From Amphiscolops sp. MND2022 (lineage: Eukaryota), in the NCBI GenBank assembly GCA_964187785.1, contig OZ076409.1, positions 9,550,001-9,614,000 on the forward strand: 64,000 nt of DNA. Reading direction: 5' to 3'. This document shows, one piece after another, positions 12,001 through 22,670 of the stretch; position 1 is the stretch's first letter, and each line of letters begins with the position of its first letter. The notes under the pieces were generated by a model. That model was given only the letters and a program-made list of their open reading frames with translations. It was not told where the DNA came from and did no database searches. The position numbers and the translations under genes are program-made.

Positions 12001-14690
12001 AAACTTCCAGTTTGAGCTGGTAATTGAATAAAGTGTACTTTCGGTAAACATGCGTAATACGTCCAGTGTAACTTTCTTAGCTTTTTTCAATTATATCAGG
12101 ATGGATACTTTTAAGTTTTTCAAGAAGTACGTATCTTACGAAAGTCATCATAATTACTTCGATGCATTGTTAAATTTATCCCCTTTGTAAAGGTCCGAAA
12201 CGCGATGACCATTGAGCGTCATGACTTTTCATCCCCATATTTTAGCAGCAACATAATTGTAAGCGTTTTTATTGTAAGCGGTTTCAAACATCACTTTTAT
12301 TATTTTTATTATTATCACAACACTAGGGATGGCATAAATTCACGGTGTGTAAGATCGCCACACTAGTTTGAAAAAAAAAACTGATCTAACTTGAAAAAAA
12401 ATAATCTTCCATTAGTCTACCTTCACATTTTAACAAAAAATTGCGAATAATTCGCATAATTACGTGACATTTGCGTGTAATAGACGATCAAAAACAATTT
12501 TGAAGGCATTTTGTTGAACTTCCACTGTAATGTTCTGAAGTAATCACTGCGGAAAAACTCTTTCCAAACTGTTATGTTCAAAATGGTAACATATGGTTAA
12601 AAAAATGTGTTAAAAAATGAAGCTACTTCGAATGAATATAGAAAAAGTGTTCCTTTATCCGTGAAACCTCGTGCTTTTATAAGATTTTTGTGAATTTCAG
12701 CGTGAAACTCGTTTTTCCCTTGAAATTCGCCGTGAATTTCTGCTATCCCTGAACAACACTTCGAATTTCAATTTACCATGTATGAAGATATTCCCAATGC
12801 AATGACTGCAGTGGTTACAATGACTTTCAACGATTCAGCCAGGCCAGTGAGGAAACCAACGGGTCTGCCCAAGAGATCTGACGCGAAGGTGTAGGGACCT
12901 CCAGCGTTGGGGTAGTAAGATGCTAGCTCTGCGGTGGAGAAACTTAGTAAGAGGTACAGAACTGTGACGATGGCCAATGAAATACAACCACCTGCAACAC
13001 AGCCACGGATGTAAAAATATATTGTATTTAAATATTATTGACAAAAAATAAATAAAATATAGTTATTTTTAGTTTTGTACAATACAATATATTTATTTTT
13101 TGATCCAATGTATTTGTGTTTTAGGCCAACATATTTTGATATTCATTTTAATGTTCGCAAGTTTTAAAACAAATGTGGAATTAATTTTGATCTTTTATGC
13201 GAAATACGCAAAAATCTTCAATTCTACTGGCGTTAGTTACCAGCTGTGTCAAGAAACCATTTCAGGAAGTTTCATAAAACTATTGATGGTTATAAAAACA
13301 GTCGAAGAAGTGTACAAACGAAATGTTTGTTCGAACAAAATATGTTTTCCTCACACAATACTGGACAATATATTTAATATATTTTTTGTTTGTCAGCAAC
13401 TATTAAATTTATTTATTTTTGAAAAATGAAATTTAAATGTAATATTTTACATCCCTGAACACAGCAAATGAAACTAAACTGGAGCTTCGAAATTACTGAA
13501 AATGGCACTCTGAATATACATAGCGTCTTTATCTTTTTTAGAGGTGCACCGGACCGGACATTATCCTCAATTATTGTAAGCGATGAAGGGCTGTTTTCAG
13601 AATTGGGCAATGAAGATTACAAAAAAACGAAGCAGGCTTTTACCACAAAGCAGTGAAAAACTATTTTCGCTCCGCCATAATTTAATGAACTTTGATTCAC
13701 AGTCACAAATTCAATTTTTCGATGCACATACACTTTCTCTGAGTTAGATATTCCGATTATTTAAGATTATTATTATAAGATAATATCCGGCCGGACGTTG
13801 TAAAATTTCTGTATACGTGGGTTCGAGTTGCGCGCTGTGCCAACTTTTTTAAAGTCGGAAACCTAAAGGGCAGACGTTTAGGACTTTTTGGCACTATGCA
13901 ACTTTTTTCAGAATATTTTCAACGGAAGGGTTTCCTCTGAATTATAGGCAAGAAACGCGTTTTGTGAGCATAAAGGGTCCCGTATTGGTTTTTGGCACCC
14001 ACTGTGCGACTCAGCAAAAAAAAATTGTTTCAAATAATTTTTTCGACATCGTTTCTGGTTTTCAGAGCTTTTCTGTTTAAGAAAACCGTTTTTGGAGTCT
14101 TAAGTGCGACCACTTCGGTAATATTTTTGTCCTGAGGTAGTTATGGGAACTGTTTGAAAACTTATGTGACTGGAAGTTTGTGACGGATTTCTAGAGTCCT
14201 TCCCAACAAAAAAGGAAGAACGTTTAGTAATGGTCCACAGTATTAAACAACGGATCAGGGCGGCGTAAAGCTAGTCAAGCTTCAGCGCAAGATGAAGACA
14301 AGGAGCCCTTAACAGGCTGCCTCGCATTTGATCGAGGCATCTAATGGTAGAAATATCACCTTTTCTTTGGCTTCTTCGGCAGCAAAACTGTTTTTTGAAT
14401 TCAATTCATGGAAAAACCATTTTTTAAAACACGTCCCATCAAACAGAGACAAAAATGCTTATTGATATAAATGATCTGTACCAGGCTTTCCATGCTTTGT
14501 CCAAACTTCATACAAACTTTGACCCTTTTGAAAAACTTTTTAAAAATCTGATTGTGTGTTTGCTCACCTACAAACCCACCAGCTAAGCACGCCTGCCACC
14601 CGAAGAAGTCCCCGGAAACAACAGCACCCACGCCCATTGCCCATAAATGGTAAACTCGGGCATAACGGATCTTGCCATCTGCTTCTATTC
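1..14690 (-). CDS. APC-superfamily amino-acid permease, ethanolamine permease (Eat)-like; spliced, 3' end runs off the window start
   Basis: Six phase-compatible GT-AG exons (14568-14690, 12777-12991, 11441-11629, 3827-4097, 2176-2472, 1-95) join into one ORF. It contains APC/Eat-type motifs HLWAMGVGAVVSGDFFGW, AELASYYPNAGGPY, LWFYLGIEELAMVTEE, GLISSFH..GRLLYAISRDGLFP..LH..FKTPY and GALISYILQCVSYIVLK..SPFG. The start codon was not located. Confidence 0.9.
1118..1856. mobile_element. putative non-autonomous TIR element (MITE-like)
   Basis: Terminal inverted repeats CCGGGTTTCCC...GGGAAACCCGG; internal degenerate GATCA-rich repeats; four 19-bp tandem copies of tgccgtgacacgcacgagt at ~1284-1355. 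Confidence 0.5.
2176..2472 (-). CDS. permease exon (GYETIF...LINLALL)
   Basis: Acceptor ttttttag, donor G|gttggc; 297 nt; overlaps ORF 2063-2416. Confidence 0.85.
3827..4097 (-). CDS. permease exon (VNETCPKRW...SPILT)
   Basis: Acceptor ttctag, donor G|gtgtat; contains WFYLGIEE motif. Confidence 0.85.
4137..4497 (+). repeat. interspersed repeat (Helitron/Helentron-like non-autonomous element); partial second copy at ~3030-3160
   Basis: Shared head aacaagccgg..ccatatctaaggctcaaaaata..caaagtgtca at 3030 and 4137; 3' hairpin agtcgactcttttc/gaaaagtgccgact followed by an A-run. Confidence 0.45.
5291..6192 (+). mobile_element. 5'-truncated solo-LTR relic of the gag-in-LTR retrotransposon group (copy 1)
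   Basis: TATAAA at ~5498 and AATAAA at ~5581. Degenerate PTT.KQK..RKSREVDMLSDIENLDVMLG frame homologous to ORF 54822. Ends ..ESTQD/GACA, the position equivalent to the LTR end of element 39973-55971. Confidence 0.75.
7147..8048 (+). mobile_element. duplicate of the 5291-6192 solo-LTR relic (copy 2)
   Basis: Appears identical at offset 1856, with the same junctions in the satellite. Confidence 0.75.
11441..11629 (-). CDS. permease exon (VEITD...PKFDFHK)
   Basis: Acceptor tttgcag, donor AAA|gttagt; 189 nt, phase 0-0; hydrophobic TM-like segments. Confidence 0.85.
12324..12751. mobile_element. hAT-type MITE
   Basis: TIRs tagggatggcataaattcacgg / ccgtgaatttctgctatccctg; 8-bp TSD cacaacac / aacaacac (7/8). 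Confidence 0.75.
12777..12991 (-). CDS. permease exon (GCISLAIV...GISSYM)
   Basis: Acceptor gttgcag, donor ATG|gtaaat; contains AEL..P.AGG motif. Confidence 0.88.
13004..13457. mobile_element. hAT-type MITE
   Basis: TIRs cacggatgtaaaaatat / atattttacatccctg; perfect 8-bp TSD aacacagc. Confidence 0.8.
14568..14690 (-). CDS. permease exon (TM1, HLWAMGVGAVVSGDFFGW)
   Basis: Acceptor catccag, donor G|gtgagc. Confidence 0.85.
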
Positions 14691-14987
14691 CTGGATGCAC
14701 ATTTTACAATCAACCAGTTTGGGAAAAACCTAATATGCTTTTCAATTGGTGATACCAATCTGGCAAAAGTATGCCACAATTTCGCAGAAGTCAAATCATA
14801 GATTTGTTTCGAACACACACATTCAACAGAAGACCCTGGTAGAGAAAAATTACAACTCTTTTAAGATTTTGCAAGATACTTGCATTGAGTAAATTCCTTC
14901 AAAGATCTTGCACGTAAATGTATTCCTAGCAATAGGCATCGACGGTATATCATCTAAATACTGTTACCGCTTACAAGAATTTCTTAC

Positions 14988-15038
14988 CTCGAATATATCG
15001 TTGCCGTGGTATTGAAAGAAATGAATACCGATCATTCG
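14988..15038 (-). CDS. possible 51-nt upstream permease exon
   Basis: Acceptor ctttccttttggttag and donor GAG|gtaaga; phase 1-1 and open in the frame that joins the next exon; no homology support. Confidence 0.35.
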
Positions 15039-16254
15039 CTAACCAAAAGGAAAGCAGATGAGCTCAAAGATTTCACTGGTTCAGATGACGGCAATTTCAG
15101 ACACAGAAAGATTTTATGTACGACAGCGACAAACGCAGAAAGTGAAAGATAAACTTCCACTACAGGACGTGTTGTTTTTAGACGAAGAGAGAAACTTTGT
15201 CCTGCTCATCTCGAACAACTCGTTGTTCTGAATCTAAATTAGAATTTTTTCTACAAATCAGTTTTCGGTCGGACGTTTTTTCATACCGCGGTATCAGAAA
15301 TACCATACCACCGTATCGCGTTGACTTCATAGCGCCGAAGTCTACCTTGCAAGAATCGTACAGGGAAACGTATTCCTTGTAAGTTTTTTAAAGGAAACAT
15401 GTTCCTTGCAAAATCTTGAAACGAAAACATTATTTTCCGCCCACATACATTGGGGGAGGAAAATCATGATCTGTGTTGCGGTTTTTTCCAAATTCTGCCA
15501 AATCCCCTCCCAGTTTTTTCGACCTCACCTATAGTTACTTGACTATTTTACTATTTTAGTAAATAAAATAGTCAACTAACTAAAACAGCTTGGAAGGGGG
15601 AATTCTAGAGTCAAAAATGGGAATAAGATCTAAAGGAAATAAGATATAAAATCACAAAATTTTAGATCTTATACTTTAAATTCTATCCCCCCCACCAAAA
15701 ATAACTATGGCTCAGTTGGTGAAGGCGAAGAAGGCAGAAATTATTCCGGTGCTTAGCGGGCGTCTTGTTTTATAGCAAATTCTTGCAAAGTTGTATCAAG
15801 GAATTCATTTCGTGCTAGAATCTTGAAAGGAATGCATAACGAGCGAGAATCTTGCAAGCGATTTGTCTCAAGGAACCCAAAAAAGTTGCATAATCTTAGA
15901 AGATCTGGAGTCTCGAGGCATTACGGCAAAGAGTCTCGAAAAAACAGCTGACTTTTTGAAATTGTGTGTCCCCGAATTGGAAACCGTTATTACCCATGAC
16001 AATTTTCGCTTTCTGGATTTTCAATGTCAGTTTTCGCTTTTTTTTCTAGCTGGTCATTGGACGTCTCGGTTTTCAATCCGGAGACACTGACAAAAATCTT
16101 GAATGTTGAACAATTTAATACGAAGGAAGTCAACCGTTCATATCTTTCATAAAATTTTTTGAGCAAAGCATGCTTCGTCCTTTGATAAGAGGAGATTTTG
16201 GATGAAAGTTTGCAAGCTAGAAGAAGCGAGTCAAATTGATGACGCAAAATGAGG

Positions 16255-16512
16255 TAACAACACACCCGCTAAGCACCGAGATATTTTCCGCTTAAAATGT
16301 AACGCAACAGCACGGGTTCGAACCAACGACCTCGTGTCTGCTAGGCAGACGCTTTACCAACTGCGCTACCAAATAACTAAAATAGTTAGGTAACTAAAAT
16401 AGTCAAGTGAAGTCTCCACCCACTCCATCGTGGAGATTTAACAGAATTTGGAAAAAAACGCAACACAGATTGTGATTTTCCTCCCCCATTATACGTGGGC
16501 GGAAAATAAAAA
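16255..16512 (-). mobile_element. tRNA-related interspersed repeat (SINE-like); inverted, partly deleted relative at ~15430-15770
   Basis: Minus strand shows A-box TAGCGCAGTTGG and B-box GGTTCGAACC without a proper cloverleaf. Leader ttccgcccac..gggggaggaaaatc and tail ggtgcttagcggg are shared with the + strand copy. Confidence 0.55.
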
Positions 16513-16861
16513 ATGTCTTTCGAAATACTGTTCACAAGTGAAATGAAGAATGAGGAAGAACACTCAATTTGATAAGTCGAGTGGTTGTCTTCCAAAATTC
16601 CATCACAGTGATTGAGTTGATTGCAAACCACCTGCTTCTGTCATCGAAACTTCTGCCATGCGAAATGTTTCACATCTCCATAATCGATAACTCGTTTCGA
16701 AGTATTGTAAATCACCGTGGAAGCTTTTGAGATTGAAAAACACGCTAGCAGTAAAGTGCTGTGAACGGAGTCCGGACACTTGCTACTAGGCAATTGGCTA
16801 TAAGGACGTGTACTACTACAGGCAAATGTTACTGGGCTAGTTGCTACTGATTAGGTGCTAC

Positions 16862-17333
16862 CAGGGGATGTAAAACGTTGTATTTAGGTATGTTTTTTTA
16901 TAGAAACAAATATTTTCATTTGTGCTGGCAAACAATAATTATATTAAACTTATTGGCCAATAATGTCTGAGAAAAATATACTTTAAGAGTAAATATTGTG
17001 CTTCTACACTTCTTTAGCTGCATTTATAACCATCAACAGTTTTACGAGAAACTTGCTGAAATGGTTTTTCCACACGACTAGTAACTAAATCCGAATACTT
17101 AATATCATCTGGGCCAGAAATAGAAGTGAGCTTCGTGTATTTGGCGTAGGTAATCAAAATAACGCATTTGTTTTAACATTTGCCAGAATTAAAATGAAAA
17201 TCAAATTACGTTGGCCCAAAACACAATTACATTAGACCCAAAAATAAATATATTGGATTGTACAAAATTAAAAATATATTTTGTTTATTTTTTTGTCAAT
17301 ATGTTTAAATAAAACATATTTTTTGCATTCCTG
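16862..17333. mobile_element. hAT-type MITE, inverted relative of 13004-13457
   Basis: TIRs caggggatgtaaaa / ttttgcattcctg; TSD ggtgctac / ggtgctag; internal sequence resembles the reverse complement of 13004-13457. Confidence 0.75.
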
Positions 17334-19003
17334 GGTGCTAGTACGGAGTGACCAAAAAGCAGGGATGCCGAAAAAATATCGTACATGCAATCATCTTACA
17401 AGAACGATATCAGATTATCTATTGATTGAGATCATGAAAAACATTGTTTGTCGAATGATGGAAAAAACAACATGAAAAATTTTAGCGCTGAAATAATTTC
17501 AAATGAATACATGTAAAACAAAACAAAGCCAAGCCAAAATGAAACTGTTTTCTTTTTGCTAATGAATAGAGTTTATCCCGTTAATAGCATTGCTGCATCG
17601 AAATAAATTTTTGATCAGAGGTTTTTTTTGCAGCGAAAAAATATCTCAGATTAGTATTTTTTGAATCAGAAAATAAGATTATCGATCATTTATAGAGTTT
17701 GAGATGGAATAATTCATTGAAACATTCCAATACTTATTCAATAATTATCTTGACAACCCTGGCAACATGCCTTTGAAGCCATGGAACGCTTGCCATAATC
17801 ATGGTTAATCTTGCTAAATCATGGGTAACCATGGTACTCTTGTCAAGATCAAGACAAGATCATGGCAAGGGTACCATGGTTTCGAACAGTGGGTACAGAA
17901 GGACTCAATGGTGCATTTGCTTGTCTTTTCAGACTCAAAATCAAGAGACTTGACTGATACTTTCATAGCTTACAAATATTTGCTCCATAGTTAGAATTAG
18001 CAGCAAACTGCTTAGCACGGACCGTAGTTTTGTGCGCGCCTCTAAAATCGCATAATCAAGCGCAAAATTCAGATATTTTGGTACTGAATTAGAAAAAAAA
18101 ACTGAAAAATGGCTGACTTGATTAACAACTACAATAGTCTTATAGATGCAGCATATGGGTCGCGCCAAAACCAAGGACTTTCATTTTCAAATAAGTAGTA
18201 AACTTTGACAGTCCTTCGTTTCAGTGCGGCCTAAATTCTACCATTTCATAGGATCAGCAAAAAATTTGATAATTTTGAACATAAATACCACTTTCTTTTG
18301 TTAGAAAGGAACAAATTCCATTATTGCGAACGAGCTGATGTTTTCCAGAAAGTGAGCAAAAGCATTTAAACCTGCACAATTTTCCGCATCATCTGTCATA
18401 TATTTGAGCACATAAATGAGTCTACAAATTAGCAAAAGCTACGGTCCTGTTGCTTAGTAGCAAATGTCCTAGTAGCAAACGTCCTGTAACAGCTTCAAAC
18501 GCATTCGGGATAAATAAAAGCTATAGTCATTCTCAAGGATACGAAAATATCGATTATATATGAATCAGAAATTATTGTTGTTAGATGTGCCACTTTGATA
18601 TTTACCCAGTTTATTCATCTTGTTTGTAAATGTTTGAAACGAAATGTTTGAAAGGTTTGGAAGAATAATAAAATGACTTTACTCCAAATCATATGCTTCA
18701 GTTTTCAGGTCCGACGTCATTCGAGAAGTTTCTACTAATTGAAAACGTCTTACAAAGTGACCTCAGTTCGAAAAATACTGAGTTTGTGCCATGTTGGTAC
18801 AACATCACTACTACGTTTTTAGTTACGCATTCGCGTTTTTCAGAAAAACTCCTTAAGAAACTCTACTGGACTTTTTTAACACGAAATGGGTTTTCAAACA
18901 TTTTTAGTTTTTAGTAAAAAAATGCGCAAGTTTTAAAGTGGCAAGTAATTTTTTGTCAGATGACAATCTCACACTGAATGCTCAACTTTTTGTAAGCACG
19001 CTA

Positions 19004-19736
19004 TGTAACGATCACTTATCGAGTCCGAGAATTCGAAATTTTTTTTGAAAATTTCGTTCAAGGGACTAGATGCCCTCCCCTGAAAAGTCATATTCCGCTG
19101 AAGGATACCGTGTCTTTACCAAAGGACCTGTCCCCGAAATTGAAGAGGATTTGAGCGAGAGAAGCAGAAGAGACCCACTACGAACTAGACGACTACAGGA
19201 ATCCGCAAAACCTGTCAGAAAAAGACTCAAATTTCGGCCGATACGGACTAAACTCTGTTCCCATCGGTGCTTTCTTTAGCAGATCATTACAATATGTTGT
19301 GACCACCAAAATGAGTCAACTAGCTTGAACAAGCATCCGTGCTTGTGTCCCAGGCTAATTGCTGCCCCAAAAAGTGCTAATTATGCAGTAAATTGCGTAT
19401 TTTGTCGTGGTAATAGCTCGTGAGCTACTTATTTCGATTTCCTCTGTAGCTACAAGAGAACACGATTTTCCTTTTCCACCTCACCTGTTTTTAAAGGCTA
19501 TCTAAGCGTTGGTTTCGAAGAAAAAGCGTAATTAGCGTTACTGATAGCAATTACAGACTGGATCAGGCCGGCGAGCACTTCACAAGAAGCGGAATCCTCC
19601 TCTGACGGGACAGTTTTTACCCGAAGGAGGCAAAATGAGCTCATGGTCATGGGCGCCTGTCCCGGGCAAATACCCATATCATGTGTTCCTCTTACTCTCA
19701 TGGTTACGGCGACAGTGGTGAGAGCCTGTCGTTACA
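19004..19736 (+). repeat. 5' LTR of element 1 (733 bp)
   Basis: Near-identical to 37987-38718; one 1-bp indel seen by eye. Confidence 0.97.
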
Positions 19737-19752
19737 TAGAGACATCATTTTT

Positions 19753-19770
19753 TGGCGACCACAGAGGGAT
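19753..19770 (+). promoter_or_regulatory. primer-binding site, tRNA-Arg(UCG)-like
   Basis: TGGCGACCACAGAGGGAT resembles the complement of the 3' end of metazoan tRNA-Arg(UCG) (...GUGGUCGCCA), recalled rather than searched. Confidence 0.7.
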
Positions 19771-22670
19771 CGCTTCGAAGTGCTTCCCTTAATGGTTTTA
19801 AAAGAGCCGACCCTCTGGTGATTGACGCCAACTACGACCCGACTCTGACGAGGAGAAGACAGAAGCAGAGTTTTCTATGTTTTTACCCTGTATGTACATT
19901 ATTGAAGGCTTTATGCCTGGTGGTTAAAGGTAAATTTAGTGAAAAAGCGCTGTATGTTGTAATTCTGAAGCTTTTTAGTAGTTAACAGGTAACAGTCGAA
20001 ATAACCAACCCTCTTAACGGGTCACTCTCTAAAATTGGTCTAGCAAGCTGTCAAAAAGGCTGCTAGAGGTGTTAACAGGTATTTTCCAGCCTTTTTCAGC
20101 TTTTTATGACCAATGAAGCGAGTGTTGAGAAGAGGATGATCCTTGCTCAAAAGTACCTTACAACCTGCCGGAATGGAGTTGTACGACTCGCCTATCCCAT
20201 TTCTCGTACAGGCTACCCAGAAAAACGAAATTTGGTGGCAACGTACTACAAACACTGAACTATCTAGAGATGCAACCCGTTTGTCTCTAACTGTTCTGGG
20301 TGACGAGTAAAAGGAACGGAAAGATACAACTCGTCGATCCAGGTTGTATGAATACTTTGAGTCAGGTTGAAAAATTTTTTTTGATTGCTCAAAATTTTAT
20401 GTGTAATCACTTGCCAATGTTCTTACGAGCTTTCTGCAAATAGGCGTGTGCATTTGCACCTGTTTTGTGCGAAAAAAGTGCGTTTTTTCATGTATTTTCG
20501 ACGAAAAGTGCCAAATTTGGCCACTTTGAGGCGAAACACCTACATGAGCGCGAGCGCTCTTGGTGCCAGCCACACATTTGCAGAAATTAAATAAAAGTAG
20601 CTCAGAACTCTAATGAGTTCACAAAAACCAGGGCCAACTGCTCAAAGTTGCCCAAAAAAGCACTTAGTGCGAATCTTGTGAGAGAAAACCCCGTTTCGGA
20701 AAAATTAAGCACTTCTAGTAGTGGGGAGATTGATGTTGGAACTTCCAAACATCCCCACTGGGCCACAATTATGTCAGGGCACACCAGCCGGTACCTAGAG
20801 CTGCCTGTTTCGGTAATTATTGTCACTACCTGCCACAAAAACCTACAGAAATTGCAATTTTGAAGTTTTCCAATAGTATTCTTGAATGGAACTTGAACCG
20901 ATCATTGACTAACATTCCTATACCAAGAACAGTCCGCGGACTGTTGCTTCCAGTTTATTCGAAAGATTTAACGGTCAAGAGTGAAGACCGCACCCCAAAA
21001 TTCTTTTTCAGTGTGAAGAAAAGTTGAAAAACGTTGATTTTTAGTTAGTTTCAGGAGTGTCCGCATATATAATTAAAACCCCCTGGACACTCTGTCTTTT
21101 TGTTAGCTAGGAGCTTCCCAGCTCTCATTTTCTGTTTTTACATAAAAAATAACGCATAGTGCTGAAAACCGCGTCAAAAAATTCCTTTTCAGTGCTGAGA
21201 AAAGTGGAAAAACGCACTGAATCTGACCAAATTTCCACAAAACCGGACTGTCCAATTGTTAGGGTCGGGTCATAGATTCCCGAACCCTAGCTAAAAACTG
21301 GTTGCATTTTCGTAACCACCACAAAAAATAATACTAGTGCCAAAAATTTGGTGAGCCTAGCGCTAACCAAAGTTGAGAAAAGCTCTCTGACGTTTTGACA
21401 TCAGAACGAGCTGACCTAGCCGAAAATTTCCAAAACTATAAGACCGACAGTGCCTCAAACCTAACAGGCGCGGCTAATTGAGGACTTGTGGCAGTGCTGT
21501 GACTAGTGGGGCAACACGTTGACCTTGTTTTGCCTGCCGTAACGTTTGTAGTGTCGACCCTCTTAGCCTATTTGTGAAAAAAGTGTCAAAAAAAAGGACT
21601 GTTGCTGAAATAGTGTCTGAACTCAGTCGAAACCCTAGGAAAGCTCGCGAGCTTTCATCGGACCATTGAACCAGCATTGTGGGCGCCCATTGACAGCGCC
21701 TACTAAGTTTCGAGCCAATCGGTGTTGTATTTATTGAAAAATTGACTGAAAAGTACTGCTCAAAAAGAGGTGCAAAAAGGCAAATTTTTCGAAATTTTTC
21801 AGAAATGCCTGAACACCTTATTGGAAAAGTGGGGATAAATTGCAGCCCACCATCGTGACTTGTGCTAGTTGTTGCATTGTTAGCGAGAATACCGAACCGC
21901 TAACTCATACTGGTGCCTAGAAATTGTATAATAAGCGTGCATTTTGACTCCTACTGAGACATAGGTGTACCGCACGTCTATACCAAGGCAAAACAGTGCA
22001 CAACCCTCGGAGCTCAAATCGGTGCTCAATTCCGTGTACCTATATGTGTGTAAGATCCTCTGGTCAATTTTGAGCCAGATCCGATTCTTCAGGAATGAAT
22101 TTGAGCCACTTATATATTTTTGGTACTCTCCGAGAAAATTCAAGATTTGTTGTAAACGTCGCATAATTGTCTTAGCGAAAAGGTAGCATCAATCTGAGCT
22201 CATTTTTTGAGCTTGTGGTTTGGTAACAACTGCTTGAGTAAGTTTGAACTCGCTACGACCATTAGATGTGGTTTCGACCCATTCGAGACGTGCGTATCAT
22301 CATTCTGGCTCAAGTCTCCACCGAGGCGAAACTTAGAAAAGTGGGACGAAACCCGGTCTTCCATGTAAAAAATTTGCAAAAACTCCCTTGTCTAAACGCA
22401 TGTTAGTGAGTCCATCACTTAATGTGAATCGTGATAATTTTTCAAGTACTTTATACAATCGAACATCACGTACCAGACGATGAGTGAATTTTGAAAGACT
22501 CCAAAAATCTTTGGAACTATCAAAAGAACTTAAGTGTGTGTGACATAGTTGCCTCGTGAACCCTAAACGCACGGTTTTCGACCCCATGCAACGGTATCAA
22601 CGCGCAGTAAACGTTTCACGCCGAAGCGACTCCCTCATCGAATTTCGACTATTCCGAAATAGGCTAAGTC

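Noticed and set aside
16300..16375. functional tRNA gene
   Set aside because: A/B boxes are present but there is no acceptor stem or 7-nt anticodon loop; it sits inside a repeated element
19070..22587. short ORFs in the element 1 LTR and leader, and antisense ORFs overlapping gag/pol
   Set aside because: Short, no recognisable motifs; consistent with chance or shadow frames
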